Virus record (IMG/VR): IMGVR_UViG_3300048851_000098
Location: 60,172-124,171 of that record
From: a virus
DNA length: 64,000 bases
Reading direction: 5' to 3' (one strand)
Of the stretch, positions 1-9,467 are shown piece by piece (the first letter of the stretch is position 1; every line of letters starts with the position of its first letter). Under the pieces are notes generated by a model that saw only the letters and a list, made by a program, of their open reading frames with translations, was not told the DNA's origin and searched no databases. The translations under genes were made by a program, and so were the position numbers.

Positions 1-1
1 T

Positions 2-2425
2 GTCGGTGCGAGAGAACAAGCGCCTTCCACGCGAGTCCAGTCGATTTTCTCGAACTGGCGCGAAGTAGCAGATCAGCTTGGCGATCCATTCGAAGTAGAA
101 AAGATTCCTGTCTCAAAGCTTCGAGCGATGCGCCGAGATCCGATGCTCGGCTTTGGTCTTTCGTTCACAAAGACCCCGCACGTACGGGCGAAGTGGACAA
201 TCAACGCGAAAGATAACAGAGGGCCAAATCCTCAAGTTGCTGCGCATCTTGATCACGACTGGCGACGTATCCATGCCAGCTTCGTAATGCAATATTTGAA
301 CTGCCTTGAGTTTGGCTTTCAAGCTATTGCAAAACGTTTCGAGTTTCGCACTCCATCGGGCACATACATCGATAACACCAGCGAAAGCCCATCTGAAAGA
401 CCTATTTGGTCTGAAGGTGGTATTCAGCCAATCGCATGGAAGCCCTTCGTGGCTCTGCGACCAGAAGGCGTCGATCCGATTTGGGATAGATCTACTGGTG
501 AGTTCTCTGGTATCGAGTACACCCCTTCTGGCGGCGGGAGAACTGGTGGAGGCGGGAGCGCCCCCGCTGGTACTGCCGCGCAGCAAACCTCCGGCGGCAG
601 TGGCGGCACCAATAGAGAGCAGACCTACAAGATCGATCTGCCTCACTCTCTGTGGGTGACGAATGAAAAGGATGCGAACTTCGGTTCCGTCTTTGGATAT
701 CCACGTCTCGGATACGCATATCGTTATTGGTGGAGCTATTGGATGCGCTGGGCGATTGCTGATCGTGCATTCGAGCGCAAGGCTGATCCTTCTGTACTCG
801 TGTATCACCCCGAAGGTGAGTTCCTTGACGAGGACACAGGTCAAACTCTGACACACTCTGAGTACGCGCTTATGATTGGTGAGCGTATGCGCTCAGGTGG
901 CGTTATCGCGATGCCTTCAGAAGTGTTTGAGAGCATCGATGGTCGCGGTACTATTCGTCAGTGGCAGATCGAGTTCACCAAAGATTCAACAAACTTCGAT
1001 CCATTCGATAAGTCGTTCGAATATCTCGATGTGCAGAAACTTCGTTCTCTGTTCATTCCTGAACAGGCATTCCTTGAAGGCAAGGGCGGCACTTCCTCTC
1101 GAAATGTTGCAGCCGAGATGGGTGATTCCTTTGTCGAATCACAGGCTGTACTCAACGCACAAATCGTAGAGACGATTAATCGTTGGATCATCCCACAATG
1201 GCTTGCGGTGAACTACCCCGAGTTTGTCATGAATGGCGGCACTGCCGAGATCATGATGCAGGGATTCGGCGATGAAGATGTCACCTTCATGAATCAGCTC
1301 ATCACGCTCATTGGTCAGCAAGAGAGCGGTATGAGAGAAATTCTGAAGATGGCTGATCTCAGAAAAATGCTCGAAGATCGCGGTGCTCCCATCGCAAACT
1401 TCGCCGAGCAGCAGCGTCGTGAGAGACAGTTGATCGAAGAGGCGCAAGCCGCTGCGGCCCCTGCTGTTGCGCCGGCACCAGGAAGACTTGGCGTGGTGCC
1501 TACCGCTACGGGATTCTCCTACGTAGCTCCGCGCGAGATCATCTACCTGTCTGAGACGGCGACGAGCTTCATCGACAATCTGCCTGACGCCCCACAGTAC
1601 GAGGACAGATCAGTAAGACAGCTTGCGCGACAGCTCTGGAATATCTATGCAGATCTGTATCGTGATGAATATCTCTCCGCTATTGACATCATTCTGAATG
1701 GTGACGATAACGTAGAAATGAGCGACTTCAAGGAACGCGCAAAGAGACTGCTCGAAAAGTGGACAGGCTCAGAACGCTGGGCAAGTGCGCTTGATAAGTC
1801 GATCTCTCTCATGACCAACCTCATGCGTCGTGCGGCCAGAATCGAGTTGACCCGAGTTGGTGAGGTCGGCGAAGTTTCTGACGAAGAGGTCGAGAGATGG
1901 TTGCGCGAGCACTTGGCTGAGATCGCTCCCAAGATCGCTGCTACTACTCGTGGCGAGGTAGAGAGCTTCCTCGCGGCCACCATGGAGTCTGGCGTTACCA
2001 ATCGCGAAGAGCTTGCACAAGCTGCGCGTGAACACTTCTCTGATTTCCCACAGTGGAAAGCTGATCGCCTCGTGCGCACAGAGGTCCGCGACATCTACAA
2101 CGCGGCCACCCTGCTTGCCGCAGAGGCTCACGGAATCAGACGTGTACAGGCTGTAGACGCTCAGGTCACGGCCAACACCGACGAGGAGTGCGTCCACCGC
2201 GACGGCAGAATCTTCGCGATCAGAGATGCCTTCGAACAGCGCGAGCATCCGAACGGAACGCTCGGCTGGCGCATGGTTCCTGCTGAGTTGTCTATTGAAC
2301 GCCGGGACGTTGATGGTGCAGAGTTTGACGAGAGACTGAAGATTCTCACGCTCTCGAATGACTTGCCAGAAGAGACAGAAAACAGAATTCTCAAATCAGT
2401 GGTGGATGTGATGCTTAGTGCTTAG
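2..2425 (+). CDS. Portal protein fused to Mu gpF/SPP1 gp7-like minor head domain (5' truncated by window)
   Basis: Frame is open from position 2 (VGAREQAPST...) into the listed 128..2425 ORF. N-terminal half resembles DUF935/gp29-type portals (LRSLFIPEQAF...SRNVAAEMGDSFVESQ); C-terminal half has gpF-like RLVRTEVRDIYNAA...D..C..RDG...HPN. Confidence 0.75.
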   Translation, partial: VGAREQAPSTRVQSIFSNWREVADQLGDPFEVEKIPVSKLRAMRRDPMLGFGLSFTKTPHVRAKWTINAKDNRGPNPQVAAHLDHDWRRIHASFVMQYLNCLEFGFQAIAKRFEFRTPSGTYIDNTSESPSERPIWSEGGIQPIAWKPFVALRPEGVDPIWDRSTGEFSGIEYTPSGGGRTGGGGSAPAGTAAQQTSGGSGGTNREQTYKIDLPHSLWVTNEKDANFGSVFGYPRLGYAYRYWWSYWMRWAIADRAFERKADPSVLVYHPEGEFLDEDTGQTLTHSEYALMIGERMRSGGVIAMPSEVFESIDGRGTIRQWQIEFTKDSTNFDPFDKSFEYLDVQKLRSLFIPEQAFLEGKGGTSSRNVAAEMGDSFVESQAVLNAQIVETINRWIIPQWLAVNYPEFVMNGGTAEIMMQGFGDEDVTFMNQLITLIGQQESGMREILKMADLRKMLEDRGAPIANFAEQQRRERQLIEEAQAAAAPAVAPAPGRLGVVPTATGFSYVAPREIIYLSETATSFIDNLPDAPQYEDRSVRQLARQLWNIYADLYRDEYLSAIDIILNGDDNVEMSDFKERAKRLLEKWTGSERWASALDKSISLMTNLMRRAARIELTRVGEVGEVSDEEVERWLREHLAEIAPKIAATTRGEVESFLAATMESGVTNREELAQAAREHFSDFPQWKADRLVRTEVRDIYNAATLLAAEAHGIRRVQAVDAQVTANTDEECVHRDGRIFAIRDAFEQREHPNGTLGWRMVPAELSIERRDVDGAEFDERLKILTLSNDLPEETENRILKSVVDVMLSA

Positions 2426-2534
2426 AAGAGGTATTCCAAGTGGCGAGATTTGTAATCAGTGTGGTGGAATGCTGATTCAGACTGGTTCATGTAGAACCTG
2501 CACACAGTGCGGATCGACTTCAGGTTGCGGGTAA
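2418..2534 (+). CDS. 38-aa Cys-rich zinc-ribbon peptide (not in ORF track)
   Basis: GTG start overlaps the portal stop; translates to MLRRGIPSGEICNQCGGMLIQTGSCRTCTQCGSTSGCG*; its TAA overlaps the next ATG (TAATG at 2532-2536). Confidence 0.65.
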   Translation: MLRRGIPSGEICNQCGGMLIQTGSCRTCTQCGSTSGCG

Positions 2535-3256
2535 TGAGATTCGATAGGAACGGTGTTCAACTTGCAAACGTTCCGAATGCTGGCGTATCGCGCCGTAACG
2601 CCGATACTGATTCCGGCAATGCTAATCATGATATTCGTTCTGGTAAATTCGCTCCGGGCGGTAGACCTGATCAAAGACCTACTGCACCGGCGAATGTTGA
2701 TCCGCTCGAATATCAACGAATGCTCGATGCCGTACGCGATGCAGCACGTGAGTTCGATGGCTTCGATGAAGGTGACATCAGAGAATTTGTGAGTGGTCGC
2801 GCTAACGCTCCGGATGTCGTAGATATTAGACAATTCATGGAGATGGTGACAGAGCAGCGCAAGAGTGATCTTGTGGACATGCTCGATCAGATTCTTCGTG
2901 TATATGGCTCCGCTCCGCGAGGACGACGCAAGGTGCGTGTCTCGGCACCAAAGGGATTCATTCGCAAATCTCTCAACGGCCTTGATCCTGATGATCTTGC
3001 CAACGTAATGCACCGCTTGGAAGCTCGCGGTCATACGACTGAAGATGTCGAGAGATTTTTTGAAGGACGTACAAAAAATCTTGATAGAGCCAAAGAGAGA
3101 CGAGATACTTTGACAGCTTCAGATAACTGGTGGGAAGATCCATTTGATTCTGAAGCTACAATCTCATCTGACCAACCGATTATCGTCAACGTGTTCGCTA
3201 ACGATCAGGTGAACCCTGATTTGATTGCAGACGAAATTCGGTTCCGACTCAGATAG
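2534..3256 (+). CDS. Hypothetical head-region protein
   Basis: ORF 2507..3256, likely start at ATG 2534 (TAATG coupling). Contains HDIRSGKFAPGG, like the HPRD..GKF..GG motif of phage head morphogenesis proteins. Confidence 0.6.
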   Translation: MRFDRNGVQLANVPNAGVSRRNADTDSGNANHDIRSGKFAPGGRPDQRPTAPANVDPLEYQRMLDAVRDAAREFDGFDEGDIREFVSGRANAPDVVDIRQFMEMVTEQRKSDLVDMLDQILRVYGSAPRGRRKVRVSAPKGFIRKSLNGLDPDDLANVMHRLEARGHTTEDVERFFEGRTKNLDRAKERRDTLTASDNWWEDPFDSEATISSDQPIIVNVFANDQVNPDLIADEIRFRLR

Positions 3257-3271
3257 CGCTACAATTTCAGC

Positions 3272-3919
3272 ATGGCTCTGAATGGTCGGCTGCCGGCATC
3301 GGATCTCGCGCCAATTGCCGGCGGTCAACTCCGCAAAGACGCAGCATTGCGATGGAATGCAATGAACTACTCGCGTCGCAAGAACGGTCTTACCACCATT
3401 CTTCCCAATGGTCCGCAAAGTTCGTATCGAACTTATAACGGACAAGTGCTGATGCGTAATATGTGGTGTGGAATGGGTAAGTGCGGAAACGCTGCCATTC
3501 CAGGCACATCAAATCACGGCTGGGGGCTTGCGGTAGACGCGAATAACCCTGCTGGTGTGAGTGCATCTGGTGCTCCGTATGGCTATCAAAAGAGATGGTC
3601 AGACGCATCATGGGAACCATGGCACTTCAAGTGGGCAGGGTTCGGATCTACGGTCGGCGGTGCTCCTACAGCAATCGACCGTGTTCGCGAGAATCCGCTG
3701 CGCCTTGGAAGCAAGAGCACGGATGTTCGAGACATTCAAATCTGGCTTCGTCGCGGTGGATACATTCGCAGAAACGCCAGAATTGCAAAGAATGTTGGCA
3801 CTATGGGTCCAGCAACAGTTAGTGCCGTAAAAAGATTTCAAAGGCATGTCGGATTGACTGCCGATGGAATCGTTGGACCTAAGACTTACGCCGCAATTCG
3901 GCGTCGTTGGATCAAATAA
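3272..3919 (+). CDS. Endolysin: M15 (VanY-like) Zn peptidase + C-terminal peptidoglycan-binding domain
   Basis: SYRTYNGQ, PGTSNHGWGLAVD and EPWH motifs; C-terminal AVKRFQRHVGLTADGIVGPKT (PG_binding_1 pattern). Confidence 0.9.
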   Translation: MALNGRLPASDLAPIAGGQLRKDAALRWNAMNYSRRKNGLTTILPNGPQSSYRTYNGQVLMRNMWCGMGKCGNAAIPGTSNHGWGLAVDANNPAGVSASGAPYGYQKRWSDASWEPWHFKWAGFGSTVGGAPTAIDRVRENPLRLGSKSTDVRDIQIWLRRGGYIRRNARIAKNVGTMGPATVSAVKRFQRHVGLTADGIVGPKTYAAIRRRWIK

Positions 3920-3937
3920 CCCACAGGAGGATATCTC

Positions 3938-4321
3938 GTGGACTTCGGGGACCAGATCGAAAAGGTCTTCAAGAGCTATATCGGTCGAGTTGTAGCATTT
4001 GTGCTCGCACCGCTGCTCGCTATTGCAGTTCCGCCACTCACTGTTGCCGTGAACAATGTTCTCGGAACAGGGTTCAGTGACGGTGAGATCGCAACTGTCG
4101 CTATCGCTGCTGTCGTCGGTGTGGCACTGGCAGTCTTCCAGTGGCTCCGTAACCTCGGCAATTGGGAAGCAAAGGCACAAGAGGCATACATGCTCTACAG
4201 AGCTGGTGAGCAGAATCTTGCCGCTGTTGAAGCTCAGCAGGGCATCGTTGCAAGTGAGCCTGACGTTTCTGCTGAGCCTCTTCCCAATGAGGGAATGCCC
4301 AACCGTCCTGATCGACTGTAA
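3938..4321 (+). CDS. Putative holin
   Basis: Two hydrophobic segments, AGGAGG RBS, lies between two lysin genes. Confidence 0.7.
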   Translation: MDFGDQIEKVFKSYIGRVVAFVLAPLLAIAVPPLTVAVNNVLGTGFSDGEIATVAIAAVVGVALAVFQWLRNLGNWEAKAQEAYMLYRAGEQNLAAVEAQQGIVASEPDVSAEPLPNEGMPNRPDRL

Positions 4322-4323
4322 TC

Positions 4324-5040
4324 ATGGCCTGGCGCCCCTCCGCAGCGTTCCGATACGCCTTCAAGGAAGGGATGTCCGGGTGGGATGTGTGGGCACTTCA
4401 GATCAACCTGAAGCAGCTTGGACCTTCTACTAGAGACATCCCTCTTGATGGGAGTTTTGGTCCTGCTACGAGACAAGCTGTACTTCTTCATCAGAAGAAT
4501 AGAAATCTCGTACAGGATGGGATTGCCGGGATTGCAACGCAAACTTCGATTTGCTTGACACTCTCAAAGAAGCCCGAACAGGCAGCTAATTTGCCTATCG
4601 GGCTTCTGCGAGGTCTGATCGAAGGTGAGTCTGGATTTGCGATTGCCTGTTTCTCGCCTCATCCTTCAGACTCGGGGTTTGATCTTGGAGCTTTCCAGGA
4701 CAGCATCACCCCCGGTGAAGTAGGTAACCAGCAACGTTATGCTCGCGCATTCAACGTTCCAGTGCTTGCTGTTGAAACTGCTGAGAAGATTCGTACTCAG
4801 TTTGACGAGTACGCAAAGGTAGTCAGTCATAAGCGTGCTTGGGAATTGGCTGTGCTGTATCACAACTGGCCGTCTGCTGCACACAATCTTGCCTATATCG
4901 GACGCATCTACAAGAATCAGTCAGCAGATGAACCACAACAGTGGATTATCTCTGCAACTGGCGGTCGTCTCCAAACAGCAAGACAATGGGTTGAAAGTTA
5001 CATCGAAAAGAAGTTTATTTACGTCACAAGGTTTCCTTGA
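4324..5040 (+). CDS. Second lysin: N-terminal PG-binding domain + lysozyme/lytic transglycosylase-like domain
   Basis: DGSFGPATRQAVLLHQKNRNLVQDGIAG (PGBD); LLRGLIEGESGF (catalytic Glu), DLGAFQ and AVLYHNW resemble SLT motifs. Confidence 0.7.
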   Translation: MAWRPSAAFRYAFKEGMSGWDVWALQINLKQLGPSTRDIPLDGSFGPATRQAVLLHQKNRNLVQDGIAGIATQTSICLTLSKKPEQAANLPIGLLRGLIEGESGFAIACFSPHPSDSGFDLGAFQDSITPGEVGNQQRYARAFNVPVLAVETAEKIRTQFDEYAKVVSHKRAWELAVLYHNWPSAAHNLAYIGRIYKNQSADEPQQWIISATGGRLQTARQWVESYIEKKFIYVTRFP

Positions 5041-5098
5041 CAGATGTGCAAAACTTCCTGTAATATTCGCGCTTAGCTTGAAAGCCAACGGGGGACAG

Positions 5099-5350
5099 AT
5101 GACTGCTATTGAATCTTATTATACCTACATTTGCCAAGGAAAGCTTCCTGCAACCGTACCTGTAGCTAGTAAAGATGGAAAATTCATCGGCATTGCTACT
5201 ACTGCTTTTGATGTCAGAACACCTGATGCTGTCGAGATGGCAATGAGTGCTGATCCGAGACAGCGCGCGCTTGCTGCCATTTACGCGATTAGTGATGCGA
5301 TGGATCGTATCCATAACGAGAGTGAGACGCTTGAACCAGTAATCCGCTAG
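5099..5350 (+). CDS. Hypothetical protein
   Basis: ATG at 5099 with GGGGA RBS inside ORF 4835..5350; fills the operon gap. Confidence 0.55.
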   Translation: MTAIESYYTYICQGKLPATVPVASKDGKFIGIATTAFDVRTPDAVEMAMSADPRQRALAAIYAISDAMDRIHNESETLEPVIR

Positions 5351-5359
5351 TGTTAGCGG

Positions 5360-5851
5360 ATGCTCTCAACGCTTGTTGTAGCAACAGCAGCAGCATTTAC
5401 TATCTCGGGGCCTTCGTCTTGGTACGGAGGCCCTTGTGATTCGGGGGACAACAATATCCCGAAGTACGCGCCGAGCGACTACAATCGCACCCCCGGCATT
5501 GCGATGCGCACAAGTCACACCGTGCGCCGCACATTCCTTTTGAGAGGGTCTAATAACCGCCTGGTGGTGGTCTGGCATTCAGACTACGGCCCCGCCCTCT
5601 TCACCGGGAAGCTCGTAGACGTGAACTACACCGCCGTCATGGGCCTGGGCTATCCCGGCCCCTGCGCTTGGTCATATCCCACGCCATCGACAGTCTGGCT
5701 CAGACCACTTGACCGTCGTGGTGCTTCCTGGTGGGCGTACAAAACCAGAACCACGCTCGATGACAAATGGATCGTTCGCAGATGGGTTCTCTACAAGTTG
5801 AACCGATCACAGCAAAAGAAAAACTTGCAGAAAGCGAAGCGAATGCGGTAA
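5360..5851 (+). CDS. Exported RlpA-like double-psi beta-barrel protein (candidate lytic transglycosylase)
   Basis: Hydrophobic N-terminal signal; SSWYGG ... SDYGP ... KLVDVNYTAVMGLG matches the RlpA/DPBB SWY, DxGP, D-L-S-x-AA pattern. Confidence 0.65.
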   Translation: MLSTLVVATAAAFTISGPSSWYGGPCDSGDNNIPKYAPSDYNRTPGIAMRTSHTVRRTFLLRGSNNRLVVVWHSDYGPALFTGKLVDVNYTAVMGLGYPGPCAWSYPTPSTVWLRPLDRRGASWWAYKTRTTLDDKWIVRRWVLYKLNRSQQKKNLQKAKRMR

Positions 5852-5860
5852 CATTTTAGC

Positions 5861-6565
5861 ATGCATGCAACGCTTTGCTTTCTCTCGTACAACCGAGCAG
5901 AATTTCTCGCAAGTGCGATCACAACAGCAGTAGACAACGCAGGATATCCAGTTGAGGTAATCGTTCATGATGATGGTTCGACTGAAGGTGATGATGTCAC
6001 CACGGATATGTTGCGTGAGTTTCAAGAAGATGGATATGTCAGCACACTGATTCTCAATCGCCCTGGTCATAATGAAGGCCAGGGTGTTGCTTTGAATCGC
6101 ATGTTTAGTATCGCCACTGGCGATTACATAGTGAAGCTGGATCAAGATCTTATCTTTTTTGATAACTGGCTCAGACAAGCAGTAGATATCCTCGAAAAAG
6201 ATACTGAGATCGGTTTGCTTGGTCTTTTCAGATACGAGCACGATCCTGTTGACTATCGCAAGACCGAAGTAGTTAGCGTCACGCCTCAAGACGACACCTA
6301 CACATTCCACACGCACATTTGCGGATCTGGATTCGTCGTCCCACGCGGTGTGTGGGAAGAGCTTGGCCCCTTTGCTCAACGCAGCCCGGCGTTCTCAGAA
6401 GATTGGGAATTCCAGAGAGCTGTAGCTGAGGGCTGGTACAACGCCTTGCCTACGAGGGATCTCGTACAAAATCGCGGCTTCGGTATTGGTCCGAGCACCA
6501 TTGTGAATCCTGGCAATAAGATCACCAAGATTCAGACCGGCCCCTACATCATCGAGAGAAGATGA
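5861..6565 (+). CDS. Glycosyltransferase family 2
   Basis: SYNRAEFL, VIVHDDGSTE, KLDQD (DxD), SEDWEF. Confidence 0.9.
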   Translation: MHATLCFLSYNRAEFLASAITTAVDNAGYPVEVIVHDDGSTEGDDVTTDMLREFQEDGYVSTLILNRPGHNEGQGVALNRMFSIATGDYIVKLDQDLIFFDNWLRQAVDILEKDTEIGLLGLFRYEHDPVDYRKTEVVSVTPQDDTYTFHTHICGSGFVVPRGVWEELGPFAQRSPAFSEDWEFQRAVAEGWYNALPTRDLVQNRGFGIGPSTIVNPGNKITKIQTGPYIIERR

Positions 6566-7455
6566 CTGATTTCGTTCCCGGTGTCGTGATGCCTGTTGGT
6601 CCTGGACGGCACGAGTTCGCGAATAAATCTCTCAAGAGTATTTATGCAGGTGATATAACGCCAGCCGCTTGTGTTGTGGTGGCTGATGGATGGACACCGG
6701 ATTCTAGCCTTGAACAGATTTTTCCTACCGATGTCAGAGGATTTCGCGTCGCAAATGCGGAGTACATTTTTCATGAAACTCGTAAACATGAGCCGGGAAG
6801 AGAGCAGCCGCGCAACATAGGGGTGCGAGTGCTTCGTGATCATTTCGCTGAATGCACACATGTTTGGTTTGCAGACAGCGATTTGATCTTCGAGAGATCA
6901 GCGCTTGCTGAGTTCAAAAAGGCGTACGAGAAGATTCGCGACAACAGAGCAATCCTGATTGGCCCTTATGAGTGGATGCCATCTGGAAACGATCAGCCAA
7001 TGCCAAAGTTGAGAAACGACCCTCGATGGCCTTTCTTCAACGAGACTGAAGCAGGAGATATTCAAACAGGACTGAATGCAGGGCTCGCCTGCTTCTCAGG
7101 TAATCTTGTGTGGAATATCGATGAGTTCATTCGCATTGGAGGTTTCTGGAATGAGATTCATCACGGTCGTTGCGAGGACGGGGAGCTTGGTATTCGCGCG
7201 TATGCGCAAGGAATGGCCTTTGCCCCTGTTGCCAACGCTCGTGGTTGGCACATGGATCACCCTCGGAATCATCAACGCATTCTTGAGATGAACGCCCGCG
7301 ACGTGCCGATGCTCAATGAGCGCCATCCGTGGGTCGAGCAGCACGGGGTCTTCGTCGCAGAACGAGACGGTAAGCGTTTCGACCAGACCTGCGCTATCTG
7401 TGGACAGGTCGTCAACACCATCGACTGGTGGCAGCACCAGGAAACGCACTCATGA
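6562..7455 (+). CDS. Glycosyltransferase family 2 (GT-A fold)
   Basis: VVVADG, WFADSD (DxD), IGGFWNE..HGRCEDGELG, WHMDH. Confidence 0.85.
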   Translation: MTDFVPGVVMPVGPGRHEFANKSLKSIYAGDITPAACVVVADGWTPDSSLEQIFPTDVRGFRVANAEYIFHETRKHEPGREQPRNIGVRVLRDHFAECTHVWFADSDLIFERSALAEFKKAYEKIRDNRAILIGPYEWMPSGNDQPMPKLRNDPRWPFFNETEAGDIQTGLNAGLACFSGNLVWNIDEFIRIGGFWNEIHHGRCEDGELGIRAYAQGMAFAPVANARGWHMDHPRNHQRILEMNARDVPMLNERHPWVEQHGVFVAERDGKRFDQTCAICGQVVNTIDWWQHQETHS

Positions 7456-7640
7456 GTCACTACGGTGATTTGTATCGACACGATGAAGAATCGCGTCTTG
7501 TCAAACGGTTCCTGCCGAGATGGGCAGATGAGATGAGACTTGATTGGCGTGTACAAGTGGAGATTGCCAAGGGTCAAAAAGCACAGAAGCAATTGTGTGA
7601 TTTGCAAACTGCAATCAGAGTATTTATCGATGCAGTCTGA
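7452..7640 (+). CDS. Hypothetical protein
   Basis: ATGA-coupled 62-aa ORF within the glycosyltransferase operon. Confidence 0.5.
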   Translation: MSHYGDLYRHDEESRLVKRFLPRWADEMRLDWRVQVEIAKGQKAQKQLCDLQTAIRVFIDAV

Positions 7641-8421
7641 CACATTGGCAGTAATGCCTACATTTGTGCGCTCTCGTGATGATCTTGACATCACGATGAA
7701 TGCAATCGAGAGCCTGCATGCGACTAGCGATGCTGAAATTCTCGTAGTCGATGACTGTTCACCGAACGAGAAGCTTCGAGAAGAGCTGGCAGATTTTGTA
7801 GCCGGTCAATCGCTTAGTATTAACCTGAAGGCGAGAAATGAAGGCTTTTCAAAGACAGTCAACTACGGTCTGAGACAAGCTCTTGAACGCGGACAACATG
7901 GCCTCTTGGTGAACGCAGATATCCAGTTCTTCAATAACAGATGGCTGGATATTATGCGCAGTAACGATGCTGATGTGGTAGGTGCTCTGCTTCTATATCC
8001 CAACGGTCTTGTTCAACATGCCGGTATTTTCTTCAGTGTGATCACTCGCATTTTTGATCACATCCACCGCATGGCACCAAGCACTCTTGACCTTGTAGAT
8101 CGCCCACGCATTTGTCCTGTGACCGGTGCTCTGCAACTGATCAAACACAGAACACTTGAGACTATTGGTCTGTATGACGAGAATTTCAAGATGGGCTGGG
8201 AAGATGTTGACTACTGCCATATGGTTTTCAAGGCAGGCATGAAGTGCGCCTACGAGCCAAGAGCTATTGCGATTCACTATGAAAGCTTGTTTCGTAATAG
8301 AGATCCGCCGAGACACATTCAAGAGTGGACCACACAAAGTCTTGAATACCTCTATGAGAAGCACAAAGGTCACGGCTTCTCTGAATATGTTCCGTCAATG
8401 ATTTGGCCTGATGAGATCTAA
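7630..8421 (+). CDS. Glycosyltransferase family 2
   Basis: Likely start ATG 7630; ILVVDDCS, NEGFSKTVNYG, VNADI, VTGALQLI, DENFKMGWEDVDYC. Confidence 0.9.
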   Translation: MQSDTLAVMPTFVRSRDDLDITMNAIESLHATSDAEILVVDDCSPNEKLREELADFVAGQSLSINLKARNEGFSKTVNYGLRQALERGQHGLLVNADIQFFNNRWLDIMRSNDADVVGALLLYPNGLVQHAGIFFSVITRIFDHIHRMAPSTLDLVDRPRICPVTGALQLIKHRTLETIGLYDENFKMGWEDVDYCHMVFKAGMKCAYEPRAIAIHYESLFRNRDPPRHIQEWTTQSLEYLYEKHKGHGFSEYVPSMIWPDEI

Positions 8422-9467
8422 TGCTTTCATCTGAAGACGTTCTTTTTGTTGGCAAGGGAACTGGCGTAGTGCCGTGGTATCGAACCGGCCTCCCTGCTTT
8501 CAATCTCGGGTGTGACTGGATCGGCGCAGTAGGAAGACCCAATGATCTGCGCATGGATACCAGTCTCAAGCGAGGCGGCCATGTGATGCCGAACCTGTAC
8601 AGCTACAAGGTGATCGTTCTCCAACAGGTACATGGTCCCGACTGGATGCGTGAGATCTGCCGTCTGAGAGATCAGGGGATCAAAGTCATTTATGAGGTAG
8701 ATGACTACTTGCATGGTGTGCGTCGTGTGAAAGGGCACAGCGCACGCAGAATGTACACCCGCAAGGTAATGCCTCTCTTCGAGATGTGCATGCGAGTATG
8801 TGATGCAATGATTGTCTCTACTGAATGGCTTGCTAATGCTTACAAGAGATTCAATCGTAACATCTATGTGTGTAGAAATGGCGTAGATAGCAGACGTTAT
8901 GCAAAGTTCAGATTGCCTAGACGGAGAACTCTCAACTTCGGTTGGGCAGGTGGAGAGGGGCATCTCGAATCTGTTTCTGCATGGTTGCCGGCAATCGATG
9001 CATTGCTCAGAGAGAATGAGAACTATCGGTTCATCTCTATTGGTCTTTCTGCGGCAAGAGCGCTTAACAATCCCAAGCAGGCTGTATCGCTGCCCTTCAT
9101 TTCCATTGAGAATTTCCCTGGTGCGCTGACCAACATCGATGTAGCGATTGCCCCGGCGGCCCGCAACAGTTTCTTCGCGGCCAAGTCAGATCTGCGGTTC
9201 CTTGAGACTGGCGCTCTCGCTATCCCCCTCGTCGCAGATCCCTTCGTCTATAGAGACTGCATCCCTGGTGAGACTGCTCTCTACGCCGAGAACGCGGATG
9301 AGGCATACGAGGCCCTGCGCAAGCTTGCCGGCGATGCTGAGCTTCGTAAAGAGATCGGATACAACGCACGCGATTACGTCAATCAGAATCGATCTATCGA
9401 AAGAGCAGTCGAGCAATGGGAAGAAGTATTCGTGAAAGTGACAGTGCCGAGAAAGATCGCGGCATGA
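8421..9467 (+). CDS. Glycosyltransferase family 4-like (GT-B fold)
   Basis: VIYEVDDYL, CDAMIVSTEWLA, FGWAGG, DVAIAP...AKSDLRFLE.GA, pattern typical of phage GT-B proteins. Confidence 0.85.
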   Translation: MLSSEDVLFVGKGTGVVPWYRTGLPAFNLGCDWIGAVGRPNDLRMDTSLKRGGHVMPNLYSYKVIVLQQVHGPDWMREICRLRDQGIKVIYEVDDYLHGVRRVKGHSARRMYTRKVMPLFEMCMRVCDAMIVSTEWLANAYKRFNRNIYVCRNGVDSRRYAKFRLPRRRTLNFGWAGGEGHLESVSAWLPAIDALLRENENYRFISIGLSAARALNNPKQAVSLPFISIENFPGALTNIDVAIAPAARNSFFAAKSDLRFLETGALAIPLVADPFVYRDCIPGETALYAENADEAYEALRKLAGDAELRKEIGYNARDYVNQNRSIERAVEQWEEVFVKVTVPRKIAA

